DNA of 64,000 nt from an uncultured Gemmatimonadales bacterium (lineage in GTDB: Bacteria; Gemmatimonadota; Gemmatimonadetes; Gemmatimonadales; GWC2-71-9), in contig CAVVHO010000006.1 in NCBI GenBank assembly GCA_963748035.1, positions 144,176 to 208,175 on the forward strand, given 5' to 3'. Positions within the stretch are counted from its first letter, which is position 1; each line of letters opens with the position of its first letter. The position numbers and the translations under genes were made by a program. Under the pieces are notes generated by a model, which saw only the letters and a list, made by a program, of their open reading frames with translations, was not told where the DNA came from and made no database searches. This document shows, in pieces, positions 11,775-21,348 of this stretch.

Positions 11775-12742
11775 CGGCCCTGCTCGAGATCCGCGACTTG
11801 CGAGTGAGTTTCCCGGGGAAGACTGGCGCCATCAGCCCGGTGGATGGCCTGAGCCTCTCGATCGCGCGGGGCGAGACTCTCGCCCTGGTCGGCGAGTCCG
11901 GCGCCGGAAAGAGCCTCACCGCGCTCGCGGTGCTCCAGCTGTTGCCGCCGGCTGGGAGAATCGAGCCGCCCAGCGTGCTGCGCCTGGAGGCGACCGACCT
12001 GCTCGCCCTCAAGGGCGAAGCACTTCGCCGAATTCGGGGTCGCCGCATCGGGATGGTATTTCAGGACCCGATGACCAGTCTCAACCCCGTCCTGACCGTG
12101 GGTGACCAGATCAGTGAGACGATTCTGGCTCACTTCCCCCTGCCGCCACGGGAGGCCAGGCAGCGTGCCGAGGCCCTGCTGGTCGAGGTAGGCCTCGGGG
12201 ATGGGAGCGGACGGTACTCCAACTATCCCCACGAGTTGAGCGGCGGCATGCGACAGCGGGTCATGCTGGCGATCGCGCTGGCCGCCGAGCCCGAGCTGCT
12301 GATTGCCGACGAGCCGACGTCCGCGCTCGATGTGACCGTACAGGCCCAGATCCTGGAGCTGATCGACCGGTTACGCGCGGCCCATGGCATGGCCATGCTC
12401 CTGATCACCCATGACCTCGGAGTAGTCGCCGGCCGGGCCGACCGAGTCGCGGTGATGTACGCCGGTCGCATCGTCGAAGAGGCGCCGACGACTGAGTTGT
12501 TTCTGCACCCGGAACACCCCTACACCCAAGGGCTCTTCGCCTCGCTACCCCGGCTTCGAGGCAAGCGGATACCGCTCCGGCCGATTCCGGGCACCGTACC
12601 GGTACCGGGCCAGTGGCCCGCGGGATGTCGTTTCCATCCGCGCTGCCCCAAGATCATGCCCATCTGCACGACTGAACCACCAGAAGTGAGGCTGGGTCCG
12701 GCCCGAAGCATGCGCTGTTGGCTGGGAGTGAAGCCGTCGTGA
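11771..12742 (+). CDS. ABC transporter ATP-binding protein (DppD/OppD-like)
   Basis: ATG 11771 has an ATGA overlap with the permease stop. [14 protein letters not shown], Walker A GESGAGKS, signature LSGGMRQR, and the C-terminal oligopeptide-type CxxHPRCP motif. Confidence 0.9.
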   Translation: MTALLEIRDLRVSFPGKTGAISPVDGLSLSIARGETLALVGESGAGKSLTALAVLQLLPPAGRIEPPSVLRLEATDLLALKGEALRRIRGRRIGMVFQDPMTSLNPVLTVGDQISETILAHFPLPPREARQRAEALLVEVGLGDGSGRYSNYPHELSGGMRQRVMLAIALAAEPELLIADEPTSALDVTVQAQILELIDRLRAAHGMAMLLITHDLGVVAGRADRVAVMYAGRIVEEAPTTELFLHPEHPYTQGLFASLPRLRGKRIPLRPIPGTVPVPGQWPAGCRFHPRCPKIMPICTTEPPEVRLGPARSMRCWLGVKPS

Positions 12743-12761
12743 GCGCACCGACCCGCTGCTG

Positions 12762-13718
12762 GTGGTTCGAGACCTGGTGAAGCACTACCACCGGCACGGG
12801 TTGCTGCGGCCGCGGGCGCCGGTCCGGGCGGTTGATGGGGTGTCATTTGAAGTGAGCCATGGGGAAACGCTGGCGCTGGTGGGAGAGACTGGATCGGGCA
12901 AATCCACCTTGGGGCGGACCGTCCTTCGGCTCGAACCCGCGACCAGCGGGTCAGTCGTATTTGAAGGTCAGGATATCTTGGCCCTGTCGCCCCGTCCACT
13001 GAGGGCGTTGCGACGCAAGATGCAGATCGTCTTTCAGGATCCTTCAGGCGCCCTCAACCCGCGCATGACGGTCGGAACGGCGATCGCGGAAGGATTGGAG
13101 ATTCATCGGCTGTTGCCCCGATCGGAAATCCCGGGGCGCGTCGCGTCATTGATGGAGGAGGTAGGGCTCGATCCGGTGGCAGCGAACCGGTACCCCCGCG
13201 AGTTCTCCGGCGGTCAGCGGCAGCGTGTGGGGATCGCGCGGGCGCTGGCGGTAGGGCCGACGTTCCTGGTACTCGACGAACCAGTGTCTGCTCTCGATGT
13301 GTCGGTACAGGCACAGGTTCTGAACCTGCTGCTGGATCTGCAGCAACGCCGCAACCTGGCTTTTCTCTTCATCGCGCATGATCTAGCCGTAGTGAGGCAG
13401 ATCGCGCACCGAGTGGCGGTGATGTATCTCGGCCGCATTGTCGAATGCGGCCCAACAGACGAGGTGCTGACCAAGCCGCGCCATCCGTATACGAAGGCTC
13501 TGCTCTCGGCGGCACCGGAGCCGGACCCAGGAAGCCCAAGAACCAGAATCCTGCTTCCCGGCGAGCCGCCCGATCCGTCACGCCCGCCGGCCGGGTGCCG
13601 TTTCCACCCTCGCTGCCCGCATCCGGAAAAAGACGACCGCTGTGTCACCCAGGAGCCACCGCTTCGCCCCCTGGGCCAAGTCGAGGTCGCCTGCCATTAC
13701 GCCGCCTCGGATGGCTGA
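12762..13718 (+). CDS. ABC transporter ATP-binding protein (DppF/OppF-like)
   Basis: 318 aa. Walker [10 protein letters not shown], signature [10 protein letters not shown]-terminal GCRFHPRCP. The start could instead be one of the CTG codons 3-6 nt upstream. Confidence 0.9.
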   Translation: MVRDLVKHYHRHGLLRPRAPVRAVDGVSFEVSHGETLALVGETGSGKSTLGRTVLRLEPATSGSVVFEGQDILALSPRPLRALRRKMQIVFQDPSGALNPRMTVGTAIAEGLEIHRLLPRSEIPGRVASLMEEVGLDPVAANRYPREFSGGQRQRVGIARALAVGPTFLVLDEPVSALDVSVQAQVLNLLLDLQQRRNLAFLFIAHDLAVVRQIAHRVAVMYLGRIVECGPTDEVLTKPRHPYTKALLSAAPEPDPGSPRTRILLPGEPPDPSRPPAGCRFHPRCPHPEKDDRCVTQEPPLRPLGQVEVACHYAASDG

Positions 13719-13931
13719 GACTCAAGCAAGCCAGTGTGCTGGCGTCCAGCGTTGAACCCATCCGTACGGCCCGCTTCAATTCCCCGTGTCCAAGCCAGTG
13801 TGGACAGATGTGTTCACGCGACGTGTCAGAGACACGACAGTGAATCCTCATTTCCGGCGCGCGCGTGCCATAACTCATTTTGCTACAATATGTTATGACG
13901 TCAAGCCGCTCCCGACACCTGCAGCTGCCAT

Positions 13932-13947
13932 CGGCATGGGTATTGCA
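13932..13947 (+). promoter_or_regulatory. Sigma-54 (-24/-12) promoter candidate
   Basis: cGGCATGggtaTTGCA against the consensus TGGCACG-N4-TTGCW. GG (13933-34) and GC (13945-46) have the canonical 12-nt offset, with one core mismatch. It lies 35 nt upstream of a small ORF and next to a sigma-54 activator gene. Confidence 0.6.
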
Positions 13948-13982
13948 CTTAGTGAGGACGACATCATTCAGGGGGTCGGTCC

Positions 13983-14069
13983 ATGCTCAAGGCGCTGTTC
14001 GTAATGATCGTGCTCAGCAATGACACCGCGGCCGCGCTTATCCAACGATTGCGACGGGCGACAACCTGA
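13983..14069 (+). CDS. Small ORF (28 aa, hydrophobic N-terminus); could instead be part of a small RNA
   Basis: ATG 13983 is preceded by GGGGG 7 nt upstream. Translation is MLKALFVMIVLSNDTAAALIQRLRRATT, with TGA at 14067-69. It is flanked by the sigma-54 promoter candidate and a clear terminator. It is too short for the ORF track. Confidence 0.3.
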   Translation: MLKALFVMIVLSNDTAAALIQRLRRATT

Positions 14070-14102
14070 AAGCCAGCCAGTCCTGGCGCGCACGATCTCG
14101 GC

Positions 14103-14133
14103 GGGGCGACCTTGTGGTCGCCCCGTTTTTGTT
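14103..14133 (+). terminator. Rho-independent terminator
   Basis: ggggcgacc-ttgt-ggtcgcccc followed by gtttttgtt. Confidence 0.7.
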
Positions 14134-14311
14134 GGCTCGAGTATCGGTAGCCTGCTCCACGATCCCTTGAACCCCTCTCAATAGAGCTCTCGAGCTCCCC
14201 TCGTTTCCAGCCGAGTTTGCAGCAGGCCGGTTGCCGCCTTCCGCAACCATTCCTGTTGCGAAAGCCTGCGCCGTGGTCTAGTGTTTCACCTTTCCCCTGG
14301 AGATCCTGCCG

Positions 14312-15052
14312 ATGACGACGACCCTGCAGGACTTGGCGTCGTCCCTCGCTTTCGAAGATCTGCTGATTCGCGCTGATCGAGCCACAGTAGTTGCCTCGCT
14401 ATCTCGCGGCATGGCCCACGACCTCCGCGGCCCCCTTCAGACGCTCACACTGCTTGCTGACCCACAAATTGAGGTATTTGGTGGCGCGGATAGCGCTCAC
14501 CTGCGCGTCGCAATCGGCAGAGCCGTGCAGCACCTGGCTGAGACCATCAACCGGTTCAGCCAGGTCTATGCTCCTCAGGAGTCGGAGGCCGCCCCCGTGA
14601 TCGTGGACGACCTGCTCGGCTACGGGACCGACCTCCAGCGCTATCAGCGCGGGCTACCAGTGGTGGAAGTCGAGCTCCGACTTCCCGGCGGCCTGCCGCC
14701 GGTTCGCGGGTTCGAGAGCCACCTCCTGCACGTGCTGCTGAGCCTGATTCTCAACGCCAAGGAAGCGATGGCCGAGCAGCGGGAACCGCGTATCGTCGTC
14801 GCGGCATCCGCTCGCGAGGGCGCGGTTCAGGTGATCGTGGAGGACAACGGATCGGGGTTGGAGGAGCCCACCCGCACGAAAGCCTTCGAGCCGTTCTTCT
14901 CGACTCGACAGGGTCACCTGGGAATTGGCCTGACCGTGGGACGTTCGCTGGTTGAACGGCAGGGAGGAACCCTGGAACTGGAACGGGCTCAGTCGGGTGG
15001 TGGACGGGCGGTGTTGCTACTCCCATCTTGGCGGCGCGGGACTCAGGGGTGA
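14312..15052 (+). CDS. Soluble sensor histidine kinase (HisKA + HATPase_c only)
   Basis: 246 aa. H-box SRGMAHDLRGPL, N-box LILNAKEAM, G-boxes EDNGSGL and GHLGIGL. No transmembrane or obvious sensor domain. Confidence 0.85.
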   Translation: MTTTLQDLASSLAFEDLLIRADRATVVASLSRGMAHDLRGPLQTLTLLADPQIEVFGGADSAHLRVAIGRAVQHLAETINRFSQVYAPQESEAAPVIVDDLLGYGTDLQRYQRGLPVVEVELRLPGGLPPVRGFESHLLHVLLSLILNAKEAMAEQREPRIVVAASAREGAVQVIVEDNGSGLEEPTRTKAFEPFFSTRQGHLGIGLTVGRSLVERQGGTLELERAQSGGGRAVLLLPSWRRGTQG

Positions 15053-15081
15053 GGCGGGCCTTTCTTTGGTGTAGTCTTGCC

Positions 15082-16512
15082 CTATGTGTCCATTGTGGCG
15101 GAGGCCTCGCGGGAGGCATTGAGTTTGTTGCGCAGGGTGCGCTCACTGATTCCGAGAAGCCTCGCCGCACGGGTGCGGTTCCCGCCCGTCGCCGCCAGGG
15201 CCCGCGCGATCGCCTGGCTGGCGAGCTCTTCCAGATTGTATGAGACGGTTGCGGCAGGTGCCGCAGAGCCGTTTCCCGTTCCGACCGCAGATGTGCTGGG
15301 ATTAGCCAAGCCGTCCCCGGCCCGAGCCAGGGGCCCGGTAGAGACCCCGTCGAGGATTCCCAGAAACACCTCGGGGCGAAGCACCCCGCCACGGGAGAGG
15401 ATCACCGCACGCTCGACCGCGTTGCAGAGCTCCCGGACATTGCCGGGCCAGGAGTGGCGCATCAGCAAATCGATAGTTTCGGAGGCGACGCTGCTGGCCG
15501 TCACGCCCATCTCCGCCGCCGCCCGCCGCGCAAAGTACTGCACAAGAACTGGGATATCTTCGACCCGCTCTCGGAGTGGCGGCGTCTTGATGGGCACGAC
15601 GTTCAGGCGATAGAAGAGGTCCGTGCGGAAACGGCCCGCGTCGACCTCGGCCTTGAGGTCTCGATTGGTGGTTGCGATGACCCGCACGTCCACCCGGATT
15701 GCCTGATGGCCACCCACCCGTTCAAATTCGTGCTCCTGGATCACCCGGAGGAGCTTGGCCTGAAGATCGAGCCGCATCTCCGAAATCTCATCCAGGAGCA
15801 ACGTCCCACCGTGGGCCCGCTCAAAGGCGCCGGCTGACCGGGCGGTGGCGCCGGTGAACGCGCCCTTCTCATGCCCGAACAGCGCGCTCTCGACCAGCCC
15901 TTCCGGCATCGCGGCGCAATTGATAGAAATGAACGGCCCGTCCCGCCGTGGGCTCTGGTCGTGCACGGCCCGCGCGAAGAGTTCCTTACCGGTGCCCGAC
16001 TCCCCTTCCAGCAACACGGTCGCCTTCGTGGGTGCCACCGTATCGATGATTTCCATGACCAGCCGGAACTGGGGACTATCGCCCACCAGTGCTTGGCTGG
16101 ATCGGAAACGGTTGATCTCCCGGCGGAACTGCTCGTTTTCACGCCGAAGCCGCACAACCTCGAGTGCCTGCGTCACGGCAATCTCGAGCGTCTCGGGACG
16201 AATGGGCTTGGTGAGATAGTCGATCGCACCAGACTTGATCGAAACAACGGCGTGTTCGATGCTGGAGTACCCGGTCATGATGATCACCGGGATCTGGTAC
16301 CCCTCCTTCTCCAGCACGGAGAGGAGGTCCAGGCCAGTGGCCTCGGGCATTCGGTAGTCGGCGATGATCAGATCGACGGGGGCTCGGGCGATGGTCCTGA
16401 GCGCCTCTTCCACGCTGGCCGCGAGGAGAGGCCTGTGTCCGATCTTGGAGAGATGGTGCTCAAGTACGACGCCGGTAGCCGGCTCGTCGTCTACACAAAG
16501 GATGGTTGCCAT
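15082..16512 (-). CDS. Sigma-54-dependent response regulator (NtrC family)
   Basis: 476 aa. Receiver domain (ILCVDDE...[10 protein letters not shown]), AAA+ domain with GESGTGKE and GAFTGA, and a C-terminal Fis-type HTH. Confidence 0.92.
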   Translation of the reverse strand: MATILCVDDEPATGVVLEHHLSKIGHRPLLAASVEEALRTIARAPVDLIIADYRMPEATGLDLLSVLEKEGYQIPVIIMTGYSSIEHAVVSIKSGAIDYLTKPIRPETLEIAVTQALEVVRLRRENEQFRREINRFRSSQALVGDSPQFRLVMEIIDTVAPTKATVLLEGESGTGKELFARAVHDQSPRRDGPFISINCAAMPEGLVESALFGHEKGAFTGATARSAGAFERAHGGTLLLDEISEMRLDLQAKLLRVIQEHEFERVGGHQAIRVDVRVIATTNRDLKAEVDAGRFRTDLFYRLNVVPIKTPPLRERVEDIPVLVQYFARRAAAEMGVTASSVASETIDLLMRHSWPGNVRELCNAVERAVILSRGGVLRPEVFLGILDGVSTGPLARAGDGLANPSTSAVGTGNGSAAPAATVSYNLEELASQAIARALAATGGNRTRAARLLGISERTLRNKLNASREASATMDT

Positions 16513-16823
16513 GGCCCCCCGGGGGCGGCTCCGCGGAACGCGACCAAGCGAGTGCCGTTCGGAACGGCAACCGGGTCCGCGGATCGTCCGGAACTCGCTC
16601 GTCTGCCTATCGTTGCGCCTCTACCTTCACGTAGCAATCTAGCCCTTGCGGTTGATATTGCCACCTTGTTCCAGGGTTCAACTTGAGAGTTGGGTAGTTG
16701 GTGACACGTGAAGTGCGAAATGCTGAGCGCCAAGTGGTATGACATGAGACTCGACAAAATTGTGCCCTTGGAGACCTGAACCCCTCCGTTGCCCGAGTCG
16801 CACCGTATTACTAGCCTTCCCCT

Positions 16824-17213
16824 ATGCCTCGCCAGAACATCTCCAGCGGCACACCTTGGGAACCGATTGTCGGGTATTCACGAGCCGTCCGCGTTGGCAA
16901 CGTAGTTCACGTCTCCGGCACCACCGCGACCGGTCCCGACGGGACGATTGTGGGCATCGGGGATGTCTATGCCCAGGCGGTTCAGGCTCTCAAGAACGTC
17001 GCCGCAGCCCTCCGTCAGGCAGGCGCGAGCCTCGAGGACGTCGTGCGCACGCGAACCTACGTCACCAACATTAGCCAGTGGGAAGCCATCGGCCGTGCGC
17101 ATGGTGAAGTATTCCGCGACATCCGCCCCGCCGCTACGATGGTGGAAGTGGTGCGTCTCATCGACCCGGCGATGCTAGTGGAGATTGAAGCCGAGGCGAT
17201 CGTTGAGGAGTGA
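16824..17213 (+). CDS. RidA/YjgF family protein
   Basis: 129 aa. [18 protein letters not shown]...VRTRTYV...EIEAEA is typical of RidA-like proteins. The stop TGA is the first unit of the following heptamer array. Confidence 0.88.
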   Translation: MPRQNISSGTPWEPIVGYSRAVRVGNVVHVSGTTATGPDGTIVGIGDVYAQAVQALKNVAAALRQAGASLEDVVRTRTYVTNISQWEAIGRAHGEVFRDIRPAATMVEVVRLIDPAMLVEIEAEAIVEE

Positions 17214-17340
17214 GAAGTAAGGAGTGAGGAGTAAGGAGTGAGAAGTAAGAAGTGAGAAGTGAGGAGTAAGGAGTGAGAGGTGTGGGCGATGAGAAGTGCG
17301 AAGGGCCGTAGCTTTCTCACTTCTCACTTCTCACCTCTCA
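17209..17340. repeat. Heptamer array (GTGAGAA/GTGAGGA/GTAAGGA, about 10 units) with an inverted partner (TTCTCAC x about 4)
   Basis: 17209-17283 is the direct array. 17314-17340 (ttctcacttctcacttctcacctctca) is complementary to it. Confidence 0.9.
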
Positions 17341-17373
17341 TTGCTCGCCACACACTGCCACCGCACACAGCCC

Positions 17374-18168
17374 ATGCCCCAGCCCATCATTGTCGTAGAT
17401 GCCTTCGCCGACCGGCCCTTTGCCGGGAATCCGGCTGCCGTGTGCATCCTCCCCGGGCCCGCCCCCGATGAATGGATGCGCGACGTTGCGCGGGAGATGA
17501 ACCTGGCGGAAACCGCCTTTCTGCACCGAGTCGAGGACGGCTGGTCGCTCCGCTGGCTCACTCCGACGGTGGAGGTGGATCTCTGCGGCCACGCGACGCT
17601 GGCGAGCGCCCACGTTCTGTGGCAGGACGCGTACATTGGCCGCGACGCCGAGGCCCGTTTTCAGTCTCGCAGCGGGCTGCTCACGGCCCGAAGGGAGGGG
17701 GACCGCATCGTCCTCGACTTCCCCGCTAAGCCTGCCAAGGAAACGGCGCCGCCAGCTGACCTGCTCCGGTCCCTCGGGATCACCAAGGCACGTTGGGTCG
17801 GCATTAACGCCTTTGACTACCTCGTGGAAGTGGAGAGTGAAGCTGAAGTGCGCGGGCTGGCACCCGACCATTCCGCGCTCGCCAAACTCAAGGTTCGTGG
17901 CGCCATCGCGACCAGCCGAGCGGACAAGGGGCGGCCCTACGATTTCGTCTCGCGCTTCTTTGCCCCGGGCTCCGGAGTCAATGAAGATCCGGTGACCGGC
18001 TCCGCGCACTGCGCCCTGGCGCCATACTGGCAACCGGTCTTCGGGCGGGACGCGATGATAGGCTACCAGGCCTCGCCGCGCGGAGGCACAGTGCACGTGC
18101 GCTGCGACAAGGATCGGGTGCACCTCGGCGGCCAGGCGGTGACCGTCCTTCGAGGGATGCTGGCCTAG
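17374..18168 (+). CDS. PhzF family isomerase
   Basis: Starts at ATG 17374 (MPQPIIVVDAFADRPFAGNPAAVCIL) within track ORF 17296-18168. ETAF, CGHATLA and TGSAHC motifs are typical of PhzF-like proteins. Confidence 0.88.
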   Translation: MPQPIIVVDAFADRPFAGNPAAVCILPGPAPDEWMRDVAREMNLAETAFLHRVEDGWSLRWLTPTVEVDLCGHATLASAHVLWQDAYIGRDAEARFQSRSGLLTARREGDRIVLDFPAKPAKETAPPADLLRSLGITKARWVGINAFDYLVEVESEAEVRGLAPDHSALAKLKVRGAIATSRADKGRPYDFVSRFFAPGSGVNEDPVTGSAHCALAPYWQPVFGRDAMIGYQASPRGGTVHVRCDKDRVHLGGQAVTVLRGMLA

Positions 18169-18203
18169 CGACCCAACGGCCGGCTCAGGCATCCTTGCGG
18201 ACA

Positions 18204-19529
18204 ATGTCAAGAGCTTATTCGCGGCATCTCACGTTCGCGCTGCTTCTGGGGCTCGTATCGACGCTCCACGGCCAGGCACCAACGGCACCCGACGTCATCG
18301 CCGCGTATCGGCGGCTCAGCGCCCATCCGCCGTGGCCCGGGTTCGACCCTGCGACTGTCCCGGTCGCCATCTTCGACGGCGACACTACCTGGCTCTCGGG
18401 CCACCCCCATCCGCCTACCGACACCTTCCGCGCTGGAATCGGCGGCCTATACCGCATGCCCGGTCAGCATCCCCTCGTGAAGGCGAACAGTTCCGTTGAG
18501 GTGGACGGGGTTGCCACCGCGACTCTCCTGCTCGATCGGACCAAGCCCGGGACCGCAACAAACTGGGCCGCGACACTGATGCATGAGGCCTTCCACGTCT
18601 ACCAGCGGACCCAGCACAAGGATTGGACCGCTAACGAAGCGGAACTCTTCACCTATCCGGTGGAGGCCGAAGCTCCCCAGCGCCTGCAGCGGCTGGAGAC
18701 GGAGGCGTGGCGCCGATCGGTCATCCGGCAACCAAGTGCATGCTGGGCCCGCGCGAGCCTCGAATACCGCCAGCTGCGATTCGGCCTGCTGCCAGTCGGA
18801 GCGGTGAGCTACGAGCGTGACACGGAGCTGAACGAGGGCCTGGCGACGTACGTGGAATTTCGAGCCGCGAAGCGCGATACCATCCCCTTCCCCGCCGCGG
18901 GGTTTCCGCCGGATGGCATGCGGCTCCGAGCCTATGCCGTCGGGCCCGCAATCGGGCGACTGCTCGACCGCTTCGCGCCGCACTGGCGGGAGCAGCTCGA
19001 GCGCGGCCCCACTCGCTCCCTCGACGAGCTGCTCTCCCAAGCGCTCGGCGCTGGGGAGCGCTGCCGGTACCAGCCGGCGGAAGAAGACTCGGTCCGCGAC
19101 CTCGCCCGCGGAGATGTAGGGCGTATCCGCGCCGGCCGGGAGGCGCTCCGCGATTCCGTGTTGTCTGCCCCCGGCTGGCGCATCGAGGTACTTACCGACT
19201 CCGGCTCACCTCTCTGGCCCCAGCAATTCGACCCGTGGAACGTCGTGGCCCTTGAAAGCGGCGCGATCGTCCATCGGCGCTTCCTCAAGCTCTCAAAAGA
19301 CGGATTGGCAATTGAGGTACTCAACCGGACAGCCCTGACGGTGCCCGCGGGCGAGCATCCGCTCTTCAATGGGATTCGTCAGCTGCTGGTGAGCGGACTG
19401 CCGACTGAGCCGACGGTAGAGGAGCGACCCGGAAACGTCGTGGTGACGGCAGATGGAGTGCGGCTGGAGGGGCGCGTGCGTGCAGTGGAACGGACCGGTC
19501 AGACGATTCTGCTCAGGGCTGGCCCGTGA
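18204..19529 (+). CDS. Secreted hypothetical protein with HExxH motif (putative zinc metallopeptidase)
   Basis: Signal-like N-terminus MSRAYSRHLTFALLLGLVSTLHGQAP, and LMHEAFHVYQ contains HEAFH. I do not recognise the family. Confidence 0.65.
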   Translation: MSRAYSRHLTFALLLGLVSTLHGQAPTAPDVIAAYRRLSAHPPWPGFDPATVPVAIFDGDTTWLSGHPHPPTDTFRAGIGGLYRMPGQHPLVKANSSVEVDGVATATLLLDRTKPGTATNWAATLMHEAFHVYQRTQHKDWTANEAELFTYPVEAEAPQRLQRLETEAWRRSVIRQPSACWARASLEYRQLRFGLLPVGAVSYERDTELNEGLATYVEFRAAKRDTIPFPAAGFPPDGMRLRAYAVGPAIGRLLDRFAPHWREQLERGPTRSLDELLSQALGAGERCRYQPAEEDSVRDLARGDVGRIRAGREALRDSVLSAPGWRIEVLTDSGSPLWPQQFDPWNVVALESGAIVHRRFLKLSKDGLAIEVLNRTALTVPAGEHPLFNGIRQLLVSGLPTEPTVEERPGNVVVTADGVRLEGRVRAVERTGQTILLRAGP

Positions 19530-19604
19530 CCTGCCCAGGGGCGGGAGGCGAACCAGTCGCACCGACCGGTGGCGCCAGGCGTGTGGAGTCGATACCATCC
19601 CCCC

Positions 19605-20447
19605 ATGCGCATCTACATCTCGGTGGACATGGAAGGTGTCGCGGGTGTGGTCCACGAGGATCAGACCAATCCCCTCGACCCCCGCTGCGCCGGCGAATAC
19701 GCTCGTTTCCGCCGCCTGATGACCGAGGAGGCCAACGCCGCGATCAGCGGGGCACTCGAGGGCGGCGCGACGCGGGTCCTCGTCAACGACAGCCACTGGA
19801 CCATGCGGAATCTCCTCGCCGAAGAACTCCATGCCGGCGCAGAGCTGCTCTCGGGAGGTCCGAAAACTTTCTCCATGATGGAAGGGATTGACCGCGGCTG
19901 GGATCTCGCCGCGTTTATCGGCTATCACGCCAAGGCCGGCACTGTCAACGCCGTTCTGGACCACACCTATACCGACATCATCCAGGACGTTCGCCTGAAT
20001 GGGCAATCCGTCGGTGAGCTGGGGATCAATGCGGCTCTCGCCGGTGCGTTCGGAGTGCCGGTCGGACTCGTCTCCGGCGACCAGGCGCTCGCCGCCGAGA
20101 CCAAGGCACTGCTGGGCGACGGGGTACGCACCGTACAGGTGAAGGAAGCCGTGAGCCGGCACGCTGCCCGATCACTCCCACCGGCCCGGGCATGCGCACT
20201 GATCCGGGAAGGCATGTGTCAGGCTGTCGCACAGACCAGCAAGGGCAACCCGCGGAGTCGTCCCTTCGTGGTGGCGTCGCCAATATCTGTCGAAGTGGAT
20301 TTCGAACGGACGGTCCAAGCCGACCACGCCGCGATGGCTCCAGGATTCGAACGCCGCGGCCCCCGCACCGTCGGGTTCAGCCACCAGAGCTATGTCGAGG
20401 TATTCGGCGCTTTCAGGACAATGTTCAATCTGGGAGGCTTGGCGTAA
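19605..20447 (+). CDS. M55 family metallopeptidase (DppA-type D-aminopeptidase)
   Basis: Starts at ATG 19605. MRIYISVDMEGVAGVVHEDQ and VLVNDSHWTMRNL match the DppA/M55 N-terminal pattern. Confidence 0.88.
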   Translation: MRIYISVDMEGVAGVVHEDQTNPLDPRCAGEYARFRRLMTEEANAAISGALEGGATRVLVNDSHWTMRNLLAEELHAGAELLSGGPKTFSMMEGIDRGWDLAAFIGYHAKAGTVNAVLDHTYTDIIQDVRLNGQSVGELGINAALAGAFGVPVGLVSGDQALAAETKALLGDGVRTVQVKEAVSRHAARSLPPARACALIREGMCQAVAQTSKGNPRSRPFVVASPISVEVDFERTVQADHAAMAPGFERRGPRTVGFSHQSYVEVFGAFRTMFNLGGLA

Positions 20448-20465
20448 GCTGGGGCTCGGCGTTGG

Positions 20466-20668
20466 GCCGTCAGCCGTTAGCCGTTAGCCGTTAGCCGTTA
20501 GCCGTTCCGCTGGGCGATGGGCCATCAGCCTTCAGCCGTCAACCGTAAGCCGTCAGCCTTCAGCCGTCAGTTGTTCAATTGATCTGTCCGCCCTGCCCGC
20601 CATGTCCGCCCCGACTAGCGCCTTGTCCGCCCTAGCCGCCATGTCTGCCTTTTCCGCCCCGACCGTCC
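20466..20668. repeat. Heptamer arrays (CAGCCGT/TAGCCGT/AAGCCGT) followed by an irregular TGTCCGCCC-type array
   Basis: 20466-20572 holds two blocks of GCCGT-family units. 20584-20668 holds about 9-nt units (tgtccgccc, tgcccgcca, ...). Confidence 0.85.
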
Positions 20669-21094
20669 CTACTGATTCTGTTCCGGCTGCATATTGAATC
20701 CGGCAATCTTATACTCCGGGCTCAGCACCCACACGACCTGGATCACCATGTCGGGGAGGTTTGAGAACTTGACCCGCCGGAGATAGCGATACCCTCCAGC
20801 GACGGCGCTGTCAGGCTTCACCTCTTCGGACAGAATGTCCTCCTCGATGCCACCCTGTTGCTGCACGATTCCCAGAAATTCGAGCAGGTTCGCCGGCGTC
20901 TGGCTCTCCTTCTGGCTCTCGGCCATCCGGGAGAATAGACTGTCGGTCTCGGCGAAGTAGAACCACTCGGTGAACTGGCGGCCCCAGAGAAGCGAGGTGG
21001 GGTTCGCCGTCACGTCCTGAGCCGACGCTGCCCGAAGCGAGAGAATGCCGAGTAGCCCGGTGAGGGCGAGAGTACGAACCGTCCGCTGGCGCAT
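20669..21094 (-). CDS. Hypothetical secreted protein (141 aa)
   Basis: Internal Met of track ORF 20669-21514 gives MRQRTVRTLALTGLLGILSLRAASAQ (signal peptide). The upstream part of the track ORF is Arg/Ser-rich and unlikely to be coding. Confidence 0.6.
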   Translation of the reverse strand: MRQRTVRTLALTGLLGILSLRAASAQDVTANPTSLLWGRQFTEWFYFAETDSLFSRMAESQKESQTPANLLEFLGIVQQQGGIEEDILSEEVKPDSAVAGGYRYLRRVKFSNLPDMVIQVVWVLSPEYKIAGFNMQPEQNQ

Positions 21095-21348
21095 GATGCT
21101 CCCTTGTAAGCAAGACGAGCGATGATCACGGGTCCTACGGGTACTGCGTGTTTCAGGATTCAACGTGCCGGCTTCATTAGTAAGGCTGCTTGCCGTAGCG
21201 ATCGGAACGAACAGATTCCCGCATCCACGATCAAGCCGATCGAACAAACTAGATGCCCGAATGGCACTGAACCGCGCTCCTGTCGTAGGGAACCGGATCT
21301 TGCCCCTTGGCCGACCAAACCAGTCTGTTCCAATCAGGAGTCGTGACG

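Noticed and set aside
13881-13889. TGCTACAAT as an extended -10 sigma-70 promoter for the small transcription unit
   Set aside because: There is no acceptable -35 element, and it would give a much longer leader. The sigma-54 element at 13932-13947 matches its consensus far better and fits the neighbouring activator gene. It is not fully excluded.
21058-21122. My hand indexing of this line disagreed by 1 nt with the ORF-track frames (an apparent extra G near 21060 and a missing C near 21120)
   Set aside because: The two discrepancies cancel, and both track ORFs cross the region without a shift. I attribute this to my own reading error and used track-derived coordinates for 20669-21094.
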